Origin: Verrucomicrobiales bacterium
GTDB lineage: Bacteria > Verrucomicrobiota > Verrucomicrobiia > Verrucomicrobiales > V1-33
Reading direction: 5' to 3'
Length of the DNA: 64,000 nucleotides
Assembly (NCBI GenBank): GCA_035550135.1
Contig: DASZQB010000107.1
Coordinates: 12,064-76,063 of the forward strand
Below are positions 35,538-44,457 of the stretch, piece by piece; position 1 is the first letter of the stretch; each line of letters opens with the position of its first letter. A program made the translations under genes and the position numbers. The notes under the pieces were generated by a model. It was not told the origin of the DNA, searched no databases, and saw nothing but the letters and a program-made list of their open reading frames with translations.

Positions 35538-36264
35538 TCACCCGCGAACCGGCCCGCTCTGCCTCACTTCTTCACCGGCCTCAGCATCACCGCCCTCAAA
35601 TCCATCACCGCCGCCCCCGGGTTTCTTCAACGCCCTTACACTCAGCGCGCACATTCCCCTCTCCAGCGAAACCCTTCCGATCACCCGCGCCTTCAAATTC
35701 TGAAAATACCCCGTGTCCTCCACGGTGTACGTCAGCCCTCACTGCCTGCGCTCACCTCCACCACCGCACCCCCGCTCCCTGTGCCGCATCCCTCGAGCAC
35801 CTGCACCTCATAGACCTCCTTCTGCGCCGCACCGACATCAGCTCCCTTCCGTTTCCCCAGCGCCACGAGAATCGCATTCATCGCCGCCTCTATGCCACCC
35901 GCCCCGCTGCTAACGGGAATATAAAGCGGCTCCTCACCGAAAAACTTCTCCAGCACTCCAGGTTTGGTTCCATTCAGCGAAAGCGGAAGACCGGATATTT
36001 TCCCTTCCCTCGCTCGTCCCGGATTTTGAGAGCATGGGTCAATTCCTCTCCCATCCACTTTGACTGAAGACCATCCGTGCTAACAACAACGGCATAAGCC
36101 GAAGCCGCCTCTATCGCCCGCTGAATTTCCATCCAAAGCGGATCACCTCCGCGCAACTCCCGCGAATCAATCCATCCGTCTTGCCCTTGGTCTGCAAGCG
36201 CCTCACGAAGACGGCGCACGAAATCGTCGTCCGCCGAACTGTGAGAAATGAATAATTTGCCCAT
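35538..36264 (-). pseudogene. TIR-domain protein gene disrupted by two frameshifts
   Basis: Frame 1 (36264-35974): MGKLFISHSSADDDFVRRLREALADQGQDGWIDSRELRGGDPLWMEIQRAIEAASAYAVVVSTDGLQSKWMGEELTHALK... then a stop. TIR-like sequence continues in a second frame (...LPLSLNGTKPGVLEKFFGEEPLYIPVSS...) until the stop at 35732. A third frame then runs LTYTVEDTGYFQNLKARVIG... to 35538. Confidence 0.7.
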
Positions 36265-36613
36265 GACTCGTTAAATTTCCTGCCCCTGCCAGAACATAGA
36301 TCTGTTGACCAGAGGAAAATCCCCGAAAACCGCCGCAAAGAAGCGAAATCGGATGCCAAACAACCGCCAGGAAAAAAACGCTCACTTAAAACCCCATCGT
36401 TACGTTTTCGTTGGTAACGATACACCGGGAAATTGCCCAATTTCACTCATCATCGCTTTCCTGATTTCCTCCTCAAAACCCCAACCCTAACCACTCGTCC
36501 GCCCCACCCCGTCAACGCCAGCGCCGCGCCCTCTCCCGGCTCCTCACTGCGCCCAATACGCTATGACGCACACCGATTCACCGATGCGCACCTCCCTGCG
36601 GCTGTGTTCCACA

Positions 36614-36660
36614 TCGTCATTCGTCATTCCTTCGTCATTCTGATTTCTGATTTCGTCATT
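36614..36660. repeat. short tandem repeats (TCGTCAT(T) x4 interleaved with TGATTTC x2)
   Basis: The sequence reads catcgtcattcgtcattccttcgtcattctgatttctgatttcgtcatt and lies in the AT-richer intergenic region upstream of 36764. Confidence 0.7.
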
Positions 36661-36763
36661 CCGCCCTCCCTTACAAAACCATTTGACACCGCCCCCTCTT
36701 AATCACCGCCATATCTAAATTCACGAAAAACATCTTATCTCATAAATCTTACCTCTTACCTTT

Positions 36764-37495
36764 ATGTCCTGTCCCGGAAAAATCGCCCGCCTTCCCCGCG
36801 TCCTCCGCGAGGAACTCAATCGCCGCCTCGAACGCAACGTCCCCGCCCGTCTTCTCGTCGAGTGGCTCAACGCTCTGCCCGAAGTCCAGGAAATCCTAAC
36901 CAATTTTTTCAACAGCAACCCCATCAACGAACAAAACATCTGCAACTGGCGCCGCTCCGGTTTCGCCGAATGGCAAACCCGCCAGGACTTCCTCGAACAC
37001 CTCCGCGAATTCACTGCCGATGCCGCCGAGATCGATGCCGCGGCCCCCTCCATGGCCGATCACGCCGCCAACCTCCTTTCCATCCACTTCGCCGTCACCC
37101 TCCGCGAACTCTCCCTCCCTCCTCGTCCTACTCCTACTCCCACTCCTCCTCCCTCCGAACCCGCCTGTTCAACGATTCACGATTCAACGATTCACGATTC
37201 ACCATTATCCTCCTCCTCCCACTCATCCACTATCCATTCTCCATTATCCAAACTAAAACCCCTCTTCGCCATCAGCCGCGCCGTCGCCTCTCTCCGCCGC
37301 GGAAACCAGACCGCCGCCCGCAAACCCTCCTCTCCTCCCCACCGGCAAATCAAGCCAAATCAAGCCATTTCAACCCTGAGATCCCCGCTGCTTATTCCGC
37401 CCCTCCCTAACCAAATCATTCCTCAATTCTCCACCCGCTCATCTCCCCCTTTCCGCTGTGGAACGAACTCACGCAGTGAACAGGCGAACTCATAA
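36764..37495 (+). CDS. hypothetical protein: plausible folded N-terminal ~115 aa, then low-complexity and repeat-encoded C-terminal half
   Basis: The N-terminus MSCPGKIARLPRVLREELNRRLERNVPARLLVEWLNALPEVQEILTNFFNSNPINEQNICNWRRSGFAEWQTRQDF... looks protein-like. The C-terminal half is encoded by (CCTACT)n, a 15-mer duplication and AATCAAGCC repeats, so the true 3' end is uncertain. Confidence 0.5.
   Translation: MSCPGKIARLPRVLREELNRRLERNVPARLLVEWLNALPEVQEILTNFFNSNPINEQNICNWRRSGFAEWQTRQDFLEHLREFTADAAEIDAAAPSMADHAANLLSIHFAVTLRELSLPPRPTPTPTPPPSEPACSTIHDSTIHDSPLSSSSHSSTIHSPLSKLKPLFAISRAVASLRRGNQTAARKPSSPPHRQIKPNQAISTLRSPLLIPPLPNQIIPQFSTRSSPPFRCGTNSRSEQANS
37127..37202. repeat. (CCTACT)-type hexamer tract (37127-37153) and tandem 15-mer AACGATTCACGATTC x2 (37171-37200)
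   Basis: Read directly: cctactcctactcccactcctcctccc ... ttcaacgattcacgattcaacgattcacgattcacc. Confidence 0.75.
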
Positions 37496-37550
37496 AATCC
37501 ACACCATCTGAGCCAATGGCAGCGCTGTCATCCGCCCCGGCTGCTTATTT

Positions 37551-37847
37551 TCATATGCCCTGCGCACGGCGTTGTCTCCGGCTCCGCCAATTCTCACGAA
37601 TCCGGGATAGCCCCGCCAAAAATTCTGCGCCCAGCTTTTCTGCCCACATGAACTCTGTGCCCAGCAACAGAATGCCCACCGGGATTACCAAAAACGCGGG
37701 CCCCGGCATCACGATCATGAGGACTCCCACCAGAACGACGGTCACTCCAAGGAGAGCCACCACGACTTTCCGCACGGGCGACGGCAGCTTTTCGAGCAGC
37801 AGCGCTCTCCTTACCCGGTGTCCCCAATGGCTGGTTTGCGGATTCAT
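37551..37847 (-). CDS. small PGPGW-motif transmembrane protein
   Basis: VVVALLGVTVVLVGVLMIVMPGPAFLVIPVGILLLGTEFMWAEK: two TM helices around a PGP motif, as in the PGPGW family. Confidence 0.7.
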   Translation of the reverse strand: MNPQTSHWGHRVRRALLLEKLPSPVRKVVVALLGVTVVLVGVLMIVMPGPAFLVIPVGILLLGTEFMWAEKLGAEFLAGLSRIRENWRSRRQRRAQGI

Positions 37848-37942
37848 GCCTGAAATTCTGCACGAGGCAGACCAGAGAATCGTTCATTCCGCCCCCGGGG
37901 GCTTAGACCATGGCACGGCTCCAGCAAATACCCCCGAAAGCC

Positions 37943-38245
37943 ATGAAAACGACCACCATCTATTCTTTGTTCGGCGCCGCGATCGCCTTCACTTTGTTGC
38001 CTGCCTGTGACTCCAAAGAGGAGGACCGCCGGGAGAAAGCCTTGGAGCGTCAGGCGGACACTCTCGAAGATCAGGCCAAAACCGCACGCGAACGTGGCGA
38101 GAAGGTCGCCGACGCCATTGAAAAGAGCGACCCCGGACCAAACTCCGCCGCAACTGAGCGCGATGCCAATGCCGTCCGCAGAGAAGCCGAAAAAAAGGCC
38201 GACCAGCTCGAAGACAAGGCGGATACACTGCGCGACAACAAGTAG
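37943..38245 (+). CDS. small charged lipoprotein
   Basis: The ATG at 37943 gives MKTTTIYSLFGAAIAFTLLPAC with a lipobox (LLPAC), followed by a Glu/Lys/Asp-rich helical sequence. Confidence 0.65.
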   Translation: MKTTTIYSLFGAAIAFTLLPACDSKEEDRREKALERQADTLEDQAKTARERGEKVADAIEKSDPGPNSAATERDANAVRREAEKKADQLEDKADTLRDNK

Positions 38246-38259
38246 CAAACCCCTCCGCC

Positions 38260-38285
38260 GGAGCCGCCCTTCTCAACGGGCGGCT
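38260..38285 (+). other. GC-rich hairpin between two small lipoprotein genes (possible terminator or attenuator)
   Basis: GAGCCGCCC-ttctcaac-GGGCGGCTC, a perfect 9-bp stem, with no clear U-tract. Confidence 0.3.
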
Positions 38286-38309
38286 CACGGCGCTCCTGGA
38301 AAAAATCCC

Positions 38310-38519
38310 ATGAACACCGCACTCTGCCGGATCGGTTTGGCGGGCGGATTTTTCGCTCTCCTCGCCGGCTGTGATACTACGGTGAAAACGGAAACCCTCC
38401 GGCCCGGTGTCCAGCAAACAACAACGACCACAGGCCAGGGATGGACTCATGATGAACCGACCACACGCCCTTCGGAACGAGCCGGGCACGAGGGAGCCGT
38501 GAGGATACCCACGAGATGA
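38310..38519 (+). CDS. small Thr-rich lipoprotein (69 aa)
   Basis: An internal ATG at 38310 in the 170-aa track ORF gives MNTALCRIGLAGGFFALLAGC with a lipobox (LLAGC). The upstream part of the track ORF overlaps the previous gene and looks non-coding. Confidence 0.45.
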   Translation: MNTALCRIGLAGGFFALLAGCDTTVKTETLRPGVQQTTTTTGQGWTHDEPTTRPSERAGHEGAVRIPTR

Positions 38520-38553
38520 ACCCAAACCGGAAGAGAATGGTTTGTAGCACTGA

Positions 38554-38569
38554 TTATAAATATTTATAA
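38554..38569. promoter_or_regulatory. perfect 16-bp all-A/T palindrome TTATAAATATTTATAA upstream of the PEP-CTERM gene
   Basis: Read directly. It sits about 65 nt upstream of the ATG at 38636, in an otherwise GC-rich context. Confidence 0.35.
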
Positions 38570-38635
38570 ATAATCTTGCTTTCCTGAATATCTGGTGAAT
38601 TTTGGGATACGCCTGAGTCCTATGGCGTTTCTCCA

Positions 38636-39433
38636 ATGTCCGGATCGAACTACGCCCTTGCCGTCCTTAAACGGGTCCTCGCCTTCCCTCTCCTGGTTGG
38701 CACCGCCTCCGCAGAAGGCATTACCGTTTACCTCTCGCCAAACGACGCGGAATCCGCCGAAAACAGCGGCATCCTCGGTGCCACCCCGGAGCAGGTCTTC
38801 ACGGAAAGTTTCAATGCCGTCCCCACCGGTACGCTGCTTGACTACTTCTCGCCTGACATCCAGGTCGATTACACCTCCGGCGCGGGCGGTCAGATTTACC
38901 CGAACGATGTCAACGGTGGCTTCGACCAGGGCAACTATCTCGGCATCGACGCCGGTTCCCAGGTGACGCTCAATTTGAACAATCCCTCTCAGTACTTCGG
39001 GATCTACGTCACCGCTGCGGAACCCTTCAGTGGTATCGACATTTACAACGGCGATGACCTGATGTTGCAATTCTCCCTCTCCACCCTGCTCAGCCTCATC
39101 CCCAATGATGGCCAGTCCGTGGTGACCGCGCTCAACGGAGCGACCTATCTCACAGACGACTACTATGGACAGCCGGCCACCGGGGACAACATCGGCCAGC
39201 CTTACGCCTATCTGCACTTTACCACCGACGGTACCGACGTCTTTGACCGCATTGTTCTTCACCACAGCGATTCCCAAATCTTCGAGAGCGATAATCACAG
39301 CATTTTGGCCGACCTCCCTGTCATTCCGCAGTCTTTCGTGCTGGTTCCGGAAGCTGCGGCGCCCGCGCCGGAACCGTCCACCGCACTTCTTCTCGGCGGC
39401 ATGGGCCTTTTCCTCCTCCGCAGGAAACGTTAG
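38636..39433 (+). CDS. PEP-CTERM sorting-domain secreted protein
   Basis: Signal peptide ...VLAFPLLVGTASAEG. The C-terminus PEPSTALLLGGMGLFLLRRKR has the PEP motif, a TM segment and a basic tail. The 322-aa minus ORF opposite it is a shadow frame. Confidence 0.85.
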   Translation: MSGSNYALAVLKRVLAFPLLVGTASAEGITVYLSPNDAESAENSGILGATPEQVFTESFNAVPTGTLLDYFSPDIQVDYTSGAGGQIYPNDVNGGFDQGNYLGIDAGSQVTLNLNNPSQYFGIYVTAAEPFSGIDIYNGDDLMLQFSLSTLLSLIPNDGQSVVTALNGATYLTDDYYGQPATGDNIGQPYAYLHFTTDGTDVFDRIVLHHSDSQIFESDNHSILADLPVIPQSFVLVPEAAAPAPEPSTALLLGGMGLFLLRRKR

Positions 39434-39591
39434 GCGGGAATCCGGTGTTTTGCAAAACGGTCGCGCAAAACGCCCCGGCAAAGGTCCATGAAACAGAGTC
39501 CGCCGCAGGCCGGTAAACTTCGCTTTACGCACCGGAGACGCGGCGTCATGGATTGATCAGCGGCGCTCTTTCGCCCCGCTGGTCCGCCTGC

Positions 39592-40659
39592 ATGAGTTCC
39601 GCTGTTTCCGTTTTCGACCCGTCCGATACCTTCCTTTCCCCGCTGATTGATTATCTCCGGGGTCATCCGAAGCGGATCGTTTTTCCTGACGGAAACGATC
39701 CCCGCGTCCTCCGCGTCGCCTCCGAACTGGTTAGGCTCGAAGTCGTGGCTCCCATTCTTCTCGGCAAGCGGGCGGACATTCAATCCACCGCCCGCAAACT
39801 GGACATCAAACTCGATTTCATAGGCATCATTGAGCCGGAGCAGAGCGCGGACTTCACCCTCTTCTGCGAACGATTCCGCAAAGTGGAGCGCTACCGCCGC
39901 GTGAAAGTGGCGGACCCCGCGGAAGTCATGGCCAAACCCGCTTATTACGGCGCGATGATGCTTCAATACGGCTACGCAGACGGCCTGGTCGGCGGAAACC
40001 TCACGCTGCCCTCCGCGTTTTATCGGGCGCTGTTTTACATGCTCAAGCGAATGCCCGGCCTCGACAGCGCGGGCAGTTGCACCGCCCTCAGCATGCCGCA
40101 TCGCCCTGACCTCGGCACGCGCGGCACTTTGTTCCTCGCGGATTGCGCGGTTATTCCTTCGCCTTCGGTAACGCAACTCTCCATGCTCGCTGTCGAAACC
40201 GCACGTGTGGCCGGCGCGCTTTTGAATGAAACCCCGCGTGTCGCCATGATCAGTTTTTCCACCCGCGGCAGCGCGCAAAATCCAGCCACTCAGCGCGTCG
40301 TCGCCGCCACCGGACTTGCCCGCGAGCGCGCCCGCAAGGAGCGCGTGGCCATGGAAATCGATGGCGAGATGGCCGTGGATGCCGCCATCGATCCCGCCTC
40401 CGCCGCCATCAAATCGCCTAACAGCATCCTCGGCGGGCGCGCCAACGTCCTCATCTTCCCGGACCAGAATGCCGCCCACGCCTCGTACAAGCTTCTCGAA
40501 CACGCTGCGGGCGCATGGCCCGGCGGTCAACTCATCCTCGGCCTCGTGCGCCCCGCCGCTAAAGTCTCCCGCTTCGCCTCGGAGCGTACCATCTTCCGCG
40601 CTGCCGTCGCCACCGCCGTCCGCTCCGTGGCCTACCGCGCCATCATCGAAAGTGAGTAA
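39592..40659 (+). CDS. pta: phosphate acetyltransferase (PTA_PTB family)
   Basis: IVFPDGNDPRVLRVA..., GYADGLVGG, ...EIDGEMAVDAAIDP...GRANVLIFPDQNAAHASYKLLEH, all typical of Pta. I chose the ATG at 39592. Confidence 0.8.
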   Translation: MSSAVSVFDPSDTFLSPLIDYLRGHPKRIVFPDGNDPRVLRVASELVRLEVVAPILLGKRADIQSTARKLDIKLDFIGIIEPEQSADFTLFCERFRKVERYRRVKVADPAEVMAKPAYYGAMMLQYGYADGLVGGNLTLPSAFYRALFYMLKRMPGLDSAGSCTALSMPHRPDLGTRGTLFLADCAVIPSPSVTQLSMLAVETARVAGALLNETPRVAMISFSTRGSAQNPATQRVVAATGLARERARKERVAMEIDGEMAVDAAIDPASAAIKSPNSILGGRANVLIFPDQNAAHASYKLLEHAAGAWPGGQLILGLVRPAAKVSRFASERTIFRAAVATAVRSVAYRAIIESE

Positions 40660-40755
40660 ACCACCCTCCGTCCCGCGTATCCCACGGAAATGGGAGTGGA
40701 CTTTTCCTGCCCTTGGAGGCAGGAAAGAACTCCCCATTTCAAGCCCCGCCACCTT

Positions 40756-43700
40756 ATGCCTGACTCAGTTTTTCCTGGTTACTCTCTGCTCTCCAAAAGA
40801 TGGCTGCGGCCCGGAGCGGTGTGCGCCGCTCTCGCCGCGATTCCTTCACCGCTCCTGGCACAGCGGGACTTGAAGGAAATCCCCTCGACCGATCCCGCCG
40901 TCGAGCTAGCCTCCTTCAAACTCGCGCCCGGCCTGGAGGCCAATCTGTTTGCCCAGGAGCCGCTGATTCACAAACCCATCCAGATGGCGTGGGACGAGCG
41001 CGGCAGATTGTGGGTGGCCAGCAGCGCCATTTATCCTCACATCAAGCCGGGTCAGGAGCAGAAGGACCAGATCGTCATCCTGGAGGACACGAACGGCGAC
41101 GGCAAAGCCGACAAAAGCACCGTGTTTTATGAGGGCCTCCTCATTCCCACCGGCATCCTGCCCGGCGACGGCGGAGCCTACATCGCCAACAGCACAGAAC
41201 TCCTCTTCATGAAGGAAGGCCCGGATGGCAGGGCTGGAGAGACCAAGGTCCTGCTCAGCGGATTCGGCACCGAGGACACGCACCACATCCTGCACGGCTT
41301 TAAGCGCGGGCCGGATGGATGCCTCTATCTCATGCAGAGCGTGTACATTCACGCGCACCTCGAAACGCCGTTCGGCGTGCGCCGCCTCATGGGCAGCGGC
41401 ATCTGGCAGTACCGTCCGGAGACGGGACGGGCGGAAATTTTCACCATGGGGCAAATCAATCCCTGGGGACACATCTTTGACAAATGGGGGCAAAGCTTCA
41501 CCACTGACGGAGCCTACGGCGAAGGGATCAACTACGCTTTCCCCGGTGCAACTTACCGCTGTCTGCCAGACCAGCGCCCGCGCATTTTGAAAGGCCTCAA
41601 TCCCGGCCAGCCGAAGCATTGCGGTCTGGAAGTCATCAGCGGGAGACATTTTCCGGACGACTGGCAGGGCGATCTCATCACTAACGACTTCCGCGGTCAT
41701 CGTGTGAACCGTTTTAAAGTAAGCGATCAGGGCAGCGGTTTCGCGTCGCGTCAGGTGGAAGACGTGATTCGCAGCAACCACGGCTCCTTCCGCCCCGTGG
41801 ATGTGAAAATGGGGCCGGACGGCGCGCTCTACATCGCCGACTGGTACAACCCTATCATTCAACACGGCGAGGTGGACTTCCGCGACGAACGCCGCGACCA
41901 CGCCAATGGTCGCATCTGGCGCGTGAGCGTAAAGGGTCGGGAGAAGTCTCCAAAGGTCGATTTTGCAAAAGCTTCCACGGAGGAGCTTATCAAATTGACC
42001 AGCGTTCCGGAGGCATGGGTGCGCCTCGAAGCCAGCCAGGAAATCAAACGGCGGGTAAAAAACGGTTCGGCGGAAGACTTGTGGCAGGCAGTCTCCAAAG
42101 CGGCAATGCGCCCGCCCGGTGGTGATCCATTCCTTGATCTATGCGCCGCTCAGGCGGTTTACGACGTCATGTCAAACCGGCCTAACGAGCTGGAACCCGG
42201 CCACAGCGAAGCTCACGCCGCTCTGCTCTCCTATACGGGCCTGCTAACCAATAAGGACGCGAGAGTCCGTGCATGGGCTGTGCGGATGATCACCCAGGGT
42301 TCATCCAAAGGGGTGAAGGCAAAGGAAATGGGCCTTGCCATGATGATCAACCAGCCGGGCACTTCGCTCGTTGAAGACTCTTCGGCCCGGGTGCGCCTTG
42401 AGATGGTCAACGGGTTGCGGCAGTTTGGAACAGCGCGCTGTGTCGAACTCGCCTGCAAGGTCCTCGATCACCCGATGGATGAAAATCTGGACTTCGCCCT
42501 GTGGCTGACGTGCAGCGAACTCGCCGATACATGGCTCCCTGCCTTCCAGAAAGGCGAGATCACTTTTGGAGGCAACATTGCGCACATCGCCTTCGCGCTC
42601 AAAGCCGCCGATAAACCGGAAGCCGCCGGCGCTTTGCTCACCATGGTTAACGAGGGCAAAGTCAGCGGCGACCGCGTGAAGGACGTCATCGGCCTCGTCG
42701 GCACCCTCGGCGGCAAAGCCGACCTGGTCAAGTTGCTCGCTCTCGCCGCCAAACCGGAGATGCAGTCCGCCGTTTTCGATGCTCTCACCACTGCCGCTCA
42801 GCAGCGCAATCTGAAGCCGGACGGAGGCGCCGAACAAATTGTTGGCATTCTCAAGCAGGACACCGGCGACTCCAGAATCGCCGCCGCAAAACTTGCCGGT
42901 GCATGGAAGCTCGAGGACGCCCGCGGAGCTCTTCAGCACCTCGCAGAATCGCCCGCAAATCTCGACCTTGGCGCTGCCGCGCTCCAGGCCCTCAGTGCTC
43001 TCGGCGGGTCGAGCGGCGGATTCTTCCGCCATCTGTTGCACGAACGTCTCACCTATGTGAGCCGGCACACCGGAGAAATCCTCGCAGCGTGGGCACGCTT
43101 GAATCCCCAGGAGGCTTCGGCGGACGCCGCCGAGTTCCTTGCCGGCGGCAAATGGAAGGAAGGGTCTGAATCCGGCATGGTCCCGGCCGCCGGACGGGTG
43201 TTGGATGCTTACCTCGCTCTGAAGAATGGCCCCTCCATTCTTGCTGCTGCCCTCAAAGACAAAAAGATCCCCGCCGCTGTCGCCAGTGCCGGAATGCAAA
43301 AAGCCAGCGTCGTGGGCGGAAATACAAAACCTCTCATCGAAGCTCTCACCGTCGCCGGCGGCCTCCAACCCGTCGTCGCCCTCACGCCTGCCGAACTCAC
43401 TCAAATGATGGCCGATGTGAAATCCCAGGGCGACCCCGCCCGCGGAGAACTCATCTTCCGGCGCCAGGCGCTGCTTTGCCAAAACTGTCATGCCATCAGC
43501 GCCGTCGGTGGCATTGTCGGGCCGGACATGGTTAGCATTGGAGCCAGCGCCCCGGTCGATTACATCATTGAGAGCCTCCTCGAACCTTCGAAGAAAATCA
43601 AAGAGGGTTACGCTACCACATTGGTTAGCACCAAAGACGGACTCAGCTATACCGGCACTCTCCTGCGCGAGGACGCCCGCGAAGTCCTCCTGCGCAATCC

Positions 43701-44313
43701 CTCCGGATTGGTCGATTCGATTCCGGCTTCCAAAGTCGCGAAGAAGGAAAACATCCCCATCTCGCTCATGCCCATCGGCCTCACCGCCATGCTCCGCCGC
43801 GATGAACTGGTGGACCTCGTCCGCTTTCTTTCCGAACTCGGCAAAGAAGGGGCCTACAAGGTTCAGGAGGACGGCACTCTTCGCCGCTGGCGCACCGCGC
43901 AGCCTGTTCCTGACATGTGGCGATGGATGAATCTCAAAGGCAATCGCGGCTTTGCCGAAGCCCGCGACGAACTGACATGGCTCCCGCTCTACAGCCACGT
44001 CAACGGCACCATCCCCGGCGAAGAAGCCCCCCTCATCAAAGTCGGCAATAACGAATGGCGCGCCATCGAATCCGAAATCGAAGTCTCCGCCGCCGGCAAA
44101 GTCGGCCTCCGCCTCAACGATCCCGCGAATCTTCAAATCTTCATCGCCGGGAAAGAAGTCCCCGCCGCGTCCGAAATTCAAACCAGCGTCCCCGCCGGCA
44201 AAGTCCGCATCACCGTCCTCTTCGACACCACGGTCCGCAAAGCTCCCATCAAAGTCCAGGTCTTCGACCTCCCCAACTCTCCCGCCCGCACCAAAGCCGT
44301 CTCCGGAATTTAA
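40756..44313 (+). CDS. PVC-type putative membrane-bound dehydrogenase domain, HEAT repeats and CxxCH haem-binding domain protein
   Basis: N-terminal propeller-like domain (WDERGRLWVASS, PDGALYIADWYNPIIQHGE), a central helical-repeat region, a haem site (LLCQNCHAISAVGG) and a C-terminal beta-domain. I chose the ATG at 40756. The long minus ORFs opposite it are shadow frames. Confidence 0.85.
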   Translation: MPDSVFPGYSLLSKRWLRPGAVCAALAAIPSPLLAQRDLKEIPSTDPAVELASFKLAPGLEANLFAQEPLIHKPIQMAWDERGRLWVASSAIYPHIKPGQEQKDQIVILEDTNGDGKADKSTVFYEGLLIPTGILPGDGGAYIANSTELLFMKEGPDGRAGETKVLLSGFGTEDTHHILHGFKRGPDGCLYLMQSVYIHAHLETPFGVRRLMGSGIWQYRPETGRAEIFTMGQINPWGHIFDKWGQSFTTDGAYGEGINYAFPGATYRCLPDQRPRILKGLNPGQPKHCGLEVISGRHFPDDWQGDLITNDFRGHRVNRFKVSDQGSGFASRQVEDVIRSNHGSFRPVDVKMGPDGALYIADWYNPIIQHGEVDFRDERRDHANGRIWRVSVKGREKSPKVDFAKASTEELIKLTSVPEAWVRLEASQEIKRRVKNGSAEDLWQAVSKAAMRPPGGDPFLDLCAAQAVYDVMSNRPNELEPGHSEAHAALLSYTGLLTNKDARVRAWAVRMITQGSSKGVKAKEMGLAMMINQPGTSLVEDSSARVRLEMVNGLRQFGTARCVELACKVLDHPMDENLDFALWLTCSELADTWLPAFQKGEITFGGNIAHIAFALKAADKPEAAGALLTMVNEGKVSGDRVKDVIGLVGTLGGKADLVKLLALAAKPEMQSAVFDALTTAAQQRNLKPDGGAEQIVGILKQDTGDSRIAAAKLAGAWKLEDARGALQHLAESPANLDLGAAALQALSALGGSSGGFFRHLLHERLTYVSRHTGEILAAWARLNPQEASADAAEFLAGGKWKEGSESGMVPAAGRVLDAYLALKNGPSILAAALKDKKIPAAVASAGMQKASVVGGNTKPLIEALTVAGGLQPVVALTPAELTQMMADVKSQGDPARGELIFRRQALLCQNCHAISAVGGIVGPDMVSIGASAPVDYIIESLLEPSKKIKEGYATTLVSTKDGLSYTGTLLREDAREVLLRNPSGLVDSIPASKVAKKENIPISLMPIGLTAMLRRDELVDLVRFLSELGKEGAYKVQEDGTLRRWRTAQPVPDMWRWMNLKGNRGFAEARDELTWLPLYSHVNGTIPGEEAPLIKVGNNEWRAIESEIEVSAAGKVGLRLNDPANLQIFIAGKEVPAASEIQTSVPAGKVRITVLFDTTVRKAPIKVQVFDLPNSPARTKAVSGI

Positions 44314-44324
44314 CCCCGGCGCTT

Positions 44325-44385
44325 CCTACTCCTACTCATACTCCTACTCCTACTCTCTTCGGTTCGAGTATGAGTATGGGGGTAG
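44325..44385 (+). terminator. (CCTACT)n tract forming an imperfect hairpin just after the stop codon; possible terminator
   Basis: cctactcctactcatactcctactcctactc...gagtatgagtatgggggtagg. TACTCATACTC (44333-44343) pairs with GAGTATGAGTA (44366-44376). No strong U-tract. Confidence 0.3.
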
Positions 44386-44457
44386 GCGCTTTGACACGAA
44401 CAAGCCTGCGAAGTTGTTATAACGCAGGACAATACACAATCCCAGCGCGAGCATGCC

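Noticed and set aside
35054-36067. 337-aa plus-strand ORF across the sigma and TIR region
   Set aside because: Pro/Arg/His-rich, and antisense to the ECF sigma gene and the TIR pseudogene. Shadow frame.
36590-37400. Possible CRISPR array, suggested by clustered short repeats
   Set aside because: Repeat units are only 6-15 bp and directly tandem with no spacers. No cas genes are present in the window.
7700-40000. Apparent over-use of CCTAAC/GTTAGG. I noted about 20 sites by eye, mostly Leu-Thr encoded CTA-ACN or Pro-Asn encoded CCT-AAC on the sense strand (for example 8853-8858, 10141-10146, 15569-15574, 23126-23131, 35029-35034)
   Set aside because: A rough base-composition estimate gives the same order of magnitude for the pentamer. 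The preceding C is explained by C-ending codons, and other Leu-Thr pairs use CTG-ACG. A genome-wide k-mer and codon-pair enrichment test would be needed before calling it a signal.
38564-44181. Long minus-strand ORFs (322, 440, 331 and 626 aa) opposite the PEP-CTERM, pta and PVC haem-protein genes
   Set aside because: All are Gly/Arg/Ala/Glu-rich with no motifs. The plus-strand genes carry clear family signatures.
44355-44380. tRNA-like GGTTCGAGTA (T-arm-like) sequence
   Set aside because: There is no acceptor stem, D-arm or anticodon arm around it. It is part of the CCTACT/GAGTATGAGTA hairpin.
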